A stretch of DNA of 64,000 bases from NCBI GenBank assembly GCA_951406725.2, contig OX597815.1:128526001-128590000 (forward strand). Direction: 5' to 3'. Position 1 is the first letter of the stretch. Each line of letters begins with the position of its first letter. Positions 63,667 through 64,000 of this stretch are shown in pieces. Below the pieces are notes generated by a model. That model was not told the origin of the DNA. It was given only the letters and a program-made list of their open reading frames with translations, and made no database searches. The position numbers and the translations under genes were made by a program. The DNA is from Octopus vulgaris. Its lineage: Eukaryota.

Positions 63667-64000
63667 GAGTAAGAATAGCCTGGGCAAAGTTCAGGGAGCT
63701 CTTACCTCTGCTGGTGACTAAAGGCCTCTCGCTCAGAGTAAAAGGCAGACTGTATGATGCATGTGTACGAACAGCCATGCTACATGGCAGTGAAACATGG
63801 GCCGTGACTGCTGATGACATGCGTAAGCTCGCGAGAAATGAAGCCAGTATACTCTGATGGATGTGTAATGTCAGTGTGCATGCTCGACAGAGCGTTAGTA
63901 CCCTGAGAGAAATGTTGGACTTAAGGAGCATCAGTTGTGGTGTGCAAGAGAGACGATTGCGCTGGTATGGTCATGTGGCGAGAATGGATGAAGATAGGTG
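63666..64000 (+). mobile_element. Young 5'-truncated RTE LINE, running off the window end
   Basis: [48 protein letters not shown]...IL*WMCNVSV...RLRWYGHVARMDEDR; a single in-frame stop at 63855-63857 (probably CGA>TGA); many CpGs retained. Confidence 0.92.

Overview
AT-rich, CpG-depleted, repeat-dense eukaryotic non-coding DNA, most likely from an octopus (a nuclear copy of octopod-type mitochondrial 16S rRNA lies at ~57531-57850). I found no host protein-coding exon that I can support. The recognisable coding-like segments are decayed retrotransposon pieces: several RTE-clade LINEs (with a PHD-type zinc finger inside the RT), one Tx1/L1 3' end, two R4/Dong-type 3' ends and CR1-type fragments. 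The window also holds at least four SINE-like families, two TTAA-flanked piggyBac-type MITE families, an internally deleted piggyBac, two young Helitrons with a shared 3' end, a Helentron-type HINE, long inverted repeats and many microsatellites. The most notable observations are: (1) a 16S NUMT inserted inside a CR1 RT just before the YADD motif; (2) three different retroelements clustered on (TAA/TTA)n arrays; (3) the PHD finger within RTE RT; (4) two adjacent palindromes near 63 kb whose arms differ almost only by indels. All family names come from motif recognition by eye, not database searches, and boundaries of old repeats are approximate.
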